DNA of 62,888 nucleotides, filler included. It is 22 parts of 22 records of this genome, joined end to end, with 100 filler letters (N's around TTAATTAATTAA, not from the genome) between each part and the next. Parts side by side here need not be neighbours in the genome. Positions count along the whole stretch, not along the records: positions 57,764 to 60,419 come from SRR36015645_150435; positions 60,520 to 62,888 come from SRR36015645_151126; 20 more parts are not named here. One strand, 5' to 3'. The notes beneath the pieces are model-generated. The model made no database searches and was not told the DNA's origin. It saw nothing but the letters and a program-made list of their open reading frames with translations. The stretch's first letter is position 1. The number at the start of each line of letters is the position of its first letter. The position numbers and the translations under genes are program-made. Shown in pieces: positions 57,764 through 62,888 of this stretch.

Positions 57764-60191
57764 AAGCATACCCTGGCGCCAGGGCAACCTGATTGTGAAC
57801 CGTGCGATGCGGGTTATTACAAAAAGGTGCAAAACGTTTTATGTGAGAAGTGTTTGCAAGGGCACTATCAAGCCAAACGACAGCAATCTAGTTGTGATAT
57901 ATGCCCAGTAGGTCACTATCAAGATGACGAAGGGCAAATATCTTGCAAGCCATGTCAGCCTGGTTACTATCAGCATCGTCAAATGGCCGCAAGCTGCTTT
58001 CCCTGCGAGCCTGGTACGTACAACAACTTGTCAGGCCAGGGTAAGTGTATTCCATGTGAGACTGGATCTTACCAGCCCGGATGGGGTGAACGCCAATGTG
58101 TTCTATGTCCGCAGGGTTATTATCAAGATTTTATTGGACAAACCCAGTGCAAACCATGTTCACTAGGTAAACACCAAGCCTATGTGGGGAATGATACTTG
58201 TGCTTTGTGCTCTCCAGGTATGTATCAGGATACATTTGGTCAGGCCACGTGCGCTCATTGCCAAGAAGGATATTATCAGTCGGATGAGGGACAATCGTCT
58301 TGCGTGCCATGTAATCTTGGAACTATTCAGAATGAAAGTGGCCAACAGAACTGTACAAAGTGTGCGCCCGGATTATATCAAGACACCCCTGGACAATCTA
58401 GTTGTATACATTGCCCTGGTGGCCACTATCAACAGGAAGAAGGAAAAGACTCTTGTCTTGCTTGTCCAGTTGGCACATTCCAAGGTGAGATTGGGAAACA
58501 ACTGTGTATTAATTGTTCTGAAGGCACGTATCAAAACTCCCAAGGCCAGCTTACGTGTCTAATATGCGACAAAGGATATTTTCAAAATAACGAAGGGTCA
58601 GATTATTGTCAGCCATGTGAGGAAGGTACTTTTTCAAATGAAACTGGCCAAACTTTTTGTTATGAGTGTTCTACTGGACATTTTCAAAAGAATAAAGGAC
58701 AAGATCATTGTGATCCTTGTGGAAAAGGTTTTTTCGTAGCTTCAAATGGTGCAATCCAATGTACCCCATGCTCAAGTGGTAGCTTCTCTGATAGACTTGG
58801 CTCAGTTGAATGTAAGCAATGTTCTAGTGGAACTTATATCAACTCAGTCGGAGAAGACAGGTGTACACCCTGCTCGCCGGGAACGTACAGTGATAAGGCA
58901 GCAACAAAGTGCAAATCCTGTGACCCAGGTTACTTTCAGTCTGAGTCTGGGGAAGCAGCTTGTGATGCGTGTAAACCGGGATCCTATCAGGACAAGCCAG
59001 GAAGTGCGCAATGCATGGCATGCCCACCAGGCTACTATCAAGATAAGTATAATCAGACTAGCTGCATTCCGTGTGACGAAGGCCAATATCAACCCAAATC
59101 GGGCCAGAAAAAGTGTGAACCCTGTGACCTGGGTCATTATCAGGGTTCTATAGGTCAGCCTGAATGTCTTCCTTGTAATCCAGGGTACCACCAAAATTTA
59201 AAAGGCCAACCAGATTGTCAACCATGCCACCCAGGAACTTTTCAAAATTTAACTGGGAAAATAAATTGTACTAACTGTGACGCTGGCAATTTTCAGGATG
59301 CCAGTGGTCAGTCAGTTTGCATTCCGTGTGCAGCGGGCTACTATCAAACTATCCCTGGACAAAAATCATGTATACCTTGTGAGAAGGGTCATTATTCTGA
59401 CACACCTGGACGAATGTCATCCTGCAAGAAATGCCAAGGAAAGAGCACATACCAAGATGAAATAGGTCAAGATCATTGCAAAAACTGTTCTTTAGGATAT
59501 GAGCAAAAAGAAGAGGGCGGCATCAAATGTGATCCATGTGATCCAGGAATGTACCGTTCTTATTACGAAAGTGCGAAATGTTACACATGCAGCGTAGGGT
59601 TGGAAGGTTTAGTGTCAGGTCAACCTAACTGCACGTTTTGTAAGAAAGGTTTTTATAGAGATGTAGGTCAACCTTTGTGTCTGCGCTGTCCATCGGGTCA
59701 CTATCAGAATCGAGAGGGCCAGACAAAATGTGTTAAGTGTCCAACAGGACGATATCAAGATGACACGGCAGGGTTGGAATGTAAACCATGCTTGCCAGGA
59801 TTTTATCAGAATGCAACTATGTCTGTCAGCTGCTTACCGTGTAGACCAGGCACACACCAATATGCCTATGGAAGTACGCAGTGTAAGCCTTGCGAGGTTG
59901 GCCATCACCAAAATTCATGGGCCCAAAGAGAGTGCCATGAATGTCCTCAAGGAATGTATCAAGATGTTCGAGGTCAGGTTGAGTGTAAAAAGTGCGACCT
60001 TGGAAGTGTACAGCATGGGCTACGTGGTACAGAGTGTACTGTATGCGAGGTTGGGACTTATCAGGACAAACCTGGACAAGCCACTTGTCAGTCATGTAGC
60101 GAGGCCTCTTTCCAAAACGAAACTGGCCAAGAAGCCTGTGAAAAGTGTCCTGCTGGTCAGACATCAGAAAAAATGGCAGTCAACTGCACAG
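57764..60191 (+). CDS. Large exon of tandem 17-aa Cys-rich repeats (ephrin-receptor-like/GCC2-GCC3 type, as in SCUBE/SVEP1-like proteins)
   Basis: Roughly 45-48 units of CxxCxxGxYQxxxGQxx; open from the contig edge; strong donor CAG|GTATGT at 60192 followed by AT-rich non-coding sequence. Confidence 0.88.
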
Positions 60192-60519
60192 GTATGTATG
60201 CTTTTTTACTTTGAAGCCTCAAGTTTTTATAGCCTAACCGTAGCTAAAGTGCAAACAATCATACTACTTGTATAGGAATTAAAACTAATAATATGCATGT
60301 ATGCCCGTGATTCAGAGTATTACATGTACATGTAGCATATAGCCTATATCCGAAATCAACTTGACAGAATGCCACAGCAAGTGACACTGGTCATTCATTA
60401 CTGAACTAGTCTGGAGCGGNNNNNNNNNNNNNNNNNNNNNNNNNNNNNNNNNNNNNNNNNNNNTTAATTAATTAANNNNNNNNNNNNNNNNNNNNNNNNN
60501 NNNNNNNNNNNNNNNNNNN

Positions 60520-60900
60520 TAATTTATTACAAACACTTTGGGCATTCGTATAATAACATTTCAAAATCGACTTGTTATTACTCACATGGTCACTTACGGA
60601 TGGATCATCCAAAACCTCCCTGTCAGCGCTAGATGACAGGTTAACATGTTCAATTTCTATTAAATCATTAGGTGTAAACACAGATTCGTTTGCTTTAATC
60701 TTTGAATCAAATATTTTAGTTTTATAAGTGCATACCGTTTCAAACTTATTACAAACTGTATCGTTGGAATACACATTATTTACAATACAACTATTTACAT
60801 AATTAGGCTTACTATCATGTGGATTACTGTGTACAGTACGGACGAAAATTTGATCCTTGCATGTCCTGAGAACCATTGAGAGGTAGTGGTCCGTACACAT
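60520..60900 (-). CDS. Start of CR1-type ORF2 (first strand of the APE endonuclease)
   Basis: LKCYYTNAQSVCNKL matches the CR1 ORF2 N-terminal motif (LxCxYTNAxSxxNK); truncated by the linker. Confidence 0.8.
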
Positions 60901-62707
60901 ATTGCGCTAGAGGCGGGGTGCCTTGAGTCGAGGGCATGCTCAGCATTTGTTGCGCCATTGGTGGGCTTACACCTACAACATTCATTGGGTTATGTGGTGT
61001 AAAAAATACACTTTGATTATTGGTAAGCTGCCCATTACCATTACTGAAATTAGGAATGACACCTGCACCGACTACGGGCTGGCTACCAGATGCTAAAACC
61101 TGCGATGCCAAGCGAGTTTGAAATGAATTGGCCGCATCAAACTGCATGGCCGTGGCCTGACCGGAAGTATTTAAGTTGGGAAAATCTTCCTGAGATAGTC
61201 CTCCATAGGAGGGAGGGTCTACTACCTCAAAATTAGCATTAAGCATGTTCATCGAGTTGGATGGTGAGTTTGAATTATGCCTACTGTATACTCCAGACTT
61301 GGAAACAGAACCGGATGAATGAGTGCTCTTGGGCATCAATTCTTTACTGCCTACAGGTGGAATAAACCTGGTAGAATTCTTGTTCAGAAAATGTCGAGAG
61401 GGGGAAGACCGGGGAGCGTCATGCTCGGAAGAAACTGACTCGACCGACACTATTTTACCCTTCTTTATCATAATGCCTGATTCACCATTGCGTCTTCTTT
61501 CTTTTAACTCCTGAACAACTACCTTATTATCGACACGTTGTTTAAAGGTTAAATCCGGCGAGATATAGATATTCTCAAGTCGTTTGTTTTTAGTGGATCT
61601 TAGATTTTTGGCATTTTTCAAGATACCACTCTTGACACTCACACTTTCTAGCCCAACTCTAAGTAGCCTAGGTTTTTCGGACCTTTCAGGCTTTTTACCT
61701 AGCCTTACTAATTCCACATGCTCCAACGCTATATCATTGAAACCAATTTCGCTAAACACTTGTGAGACATTATTGCGTTCGGCATTGATAGAGTCAGTTT
61801 CCTGTAAGTTATGTATAATTACATTACTCTTGCGTTTCTCTCTTTCTGCGATTTCGCGTATGGCATCATAAACAATGGGTACCATATTGCTATCCATCTT
61901 GCGCTCAATGTTATTCAAACGGTTTTGCACATGGGACAAATTTTCGTCGAACTTAACTTGTTTGTCTTCTAACTTTTGTAATACTTTGCCTTGGGTAATT
62001 AAGGCAGATGCATATGGGTCACATTTTGTGCAAAACCATCGTGCATTAGCAGGAAGCAAGCTAAGAGCTACGTATTGTTGTTTAGAAAGATTCTGGCACT
62101 TAGCATGAAACCATTCAGTACAGTACTCACACTGGACACCCATACCTATTCGGTGGTCAGAGTCACTATCGGTCACCTCCTGGCCGCAGTCAGGACATAG
62201 GGATGGGTCCGCGTCGTTGCTGGACATGCTGGAGGTAGCATTACAGTTATCCAGAATATTTGCTACATCTTTGACTTTGTCATGTTTGTCACTAGATAGC
62301 TTGGGTGACATGGGAGACTGACCATTATCAACTGCATTAAATTTTCGACGCTTATTGTTAGGTTTACCAGCACTAGACGGACCCTTATTAGATTTAGAAG
62401 ACTTTGTGCGTTGTGCTTGGGCCGCTGTAGTCTTGGTCTTAAAACCAGAAAATGTACCAACACCTTTAGAGGCTTTACTGTCTTTCTCATGTTTCTTGTG
62501 AGAAAAATCAAAATTGCCTTGCGGCCTAACTTTCTCATCAAAAAAAGATTTCAACGAGTTTGATCTACCACGGGCTTCATTTGGCATGTTTGGATGCGTG
62601 GGCGGCAATTCCTGCGACTGGGATGACTGGCCCGGCTTACTGGTTTTATCATTAGTGACATTACCCACAACACTGGGTTTAGCATGTTTAGCCTTCATGA
62701 CAACCAT
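60824..62707 (-). CDS. CR1/L2-type LINE ORF1 (PHD finger, coiled coil, RRM/CTD-like domain)
   Basis: PHD CPDC..CEYCTEWFHAKC..WFCTKC; EREKRKSNVIIHNLQE; RLGK..PRLLRV; NIYISPDLTFKQR; start codon uncertain (62818, 62707 or 62698). Confidence 0.88.
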   Translation of the reverse strand: MVVMKAKHAKPSVVGNVTNDKTSKPGQSSQSQELPPTHPNMPNEARGRSNSLKSFFDEKVRPQGNFDFSHKKHEKDSKASKGVGTFSGFKTKTTAAQAQRTKSSKSNKGPSSAGKPNNKRRKFNAVDNGQSPMSPKLSSDKHDKVKDVANILDNCNATSSMSSNDADPSLCPDCGQEVTDSDSDHRIGMGVQCEYCTEWFHAKCQNLSKQQYVALSLLPANARWFCTKCDPYASALITQGKVLQKLEDKQVKFDENLSHVQNRLNNIERKMDSNMVPIVYDAIREIAEREKRKSNVIIHNLQETDSINAERNNVSQVFSEIGFNDIALEHVELVRLGKKPERSEKPRLLRVGLESVSVKSGILKNAKNLRSTKNKRLENIYISPDLTFKQRVDNKVVVQELKERRRNGESGIMIKKGKIVSVESVSSEHDAPRSSPSRHFLNKNSTRFIPPVGSKELMPKSTHSSGSVSKSGVYSRHNSNSPSNSMNMLNANFEVVDPPSYGGLSQEDFPNLNTSGQATAMQFDAANSFQTRLASQVLASGSQPVVGAGVIPNFSNGNGQLTNNQSVFFTPHNPMNVVGVSPPMAQQMLSMPSTQGTPPLAQYVYGPLPLNGSQDMQGSNFRPYCTQ

Positions 62708-62888
62708 AGTTACGATAACCTCTGAACCTATTGCCAAACCAATGAAAATAATCTGCACATGGCATGCATGGTCAACATGGTCAAAACAACTTAACTTAAG
62801 GATAAACTGATAAATCAATGGACAAAAACTAGGCTTATCAACTTAATAATAATCAAGACTCTGGACTAGACTGCCATGAGCTACGGTC

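Noticed and set aside
4844..60335. Recurrent TAGGCCTA and TACATGTA palindromes as regulatory sites
   Set aside because: Few, scattered in AT-rich non-coding DNA, with no positional pattern; at most a genome-composition signature.
2103..60519. Regularly recurring TTAATTAATTAA as a CRISPR-like repeat or recombination site
   Set aside because: Always centred in exactly 88 N; it is a synthetic six-frame-stop linker.
56..62810. The many short antisense or nested ORFs in the ORF track
   Set aside because: They shadow longer ORFs with recognisable domains and show no motifs of their own; ORF ends in X/LIN are linker read-through.

Overview
This window is not one locus. It is 22 unlinked eukaryotic contigs (animal, probably an invertebrate; taxon not determinable) of 2-5.6 kb each, joined by 21 identical artificial 100-nt linkers (44 N + TTAATTAATTAA + 44 N), so adjacency across linkers has no biological meaning. 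Sixteen contigs are transposable-element fragments: five L1/Tx1-type non-LTR pieces, one CR1-type LINE with a PHD-finger ORF1, two BEL/Pao and two Ty3/Gypsy LTR elements, one tyrosine-recombinase (DIRS-order, Ngaro/PAT-like) retroelement, three Academ transposases with the XPG/FEN1-like nuclease fusion, one divergent Academ-like DDE protein without that nuclease, and one divergent Helitron-like HUH Rep. Six contigs carry host-type coding sequence: a C2H2 zinc-finger protein, TMEM144, an orphan type I membrane protein, a FEM1-like ankyrin protein, a multi-Tudor protein and a large Cys-rich repeat exon. The best leads are (1) the atypical HUH Rep, (2) the nuclease-less Academ-like protein, (3) a Gypsy -1 frameshift cassette with a pseudoknot and a competing hairpin, (4) tandem ~135-bp 5' UTR monomers in a Tx1-like element, (5) a YR ORF that probably needs splicing, and (6) a hidden out-of-frame zinc finger. 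No prokaryotic system, CRISPR array or RNA gene was recognised. Family calls rest on motif recognition by eye, not database searches.
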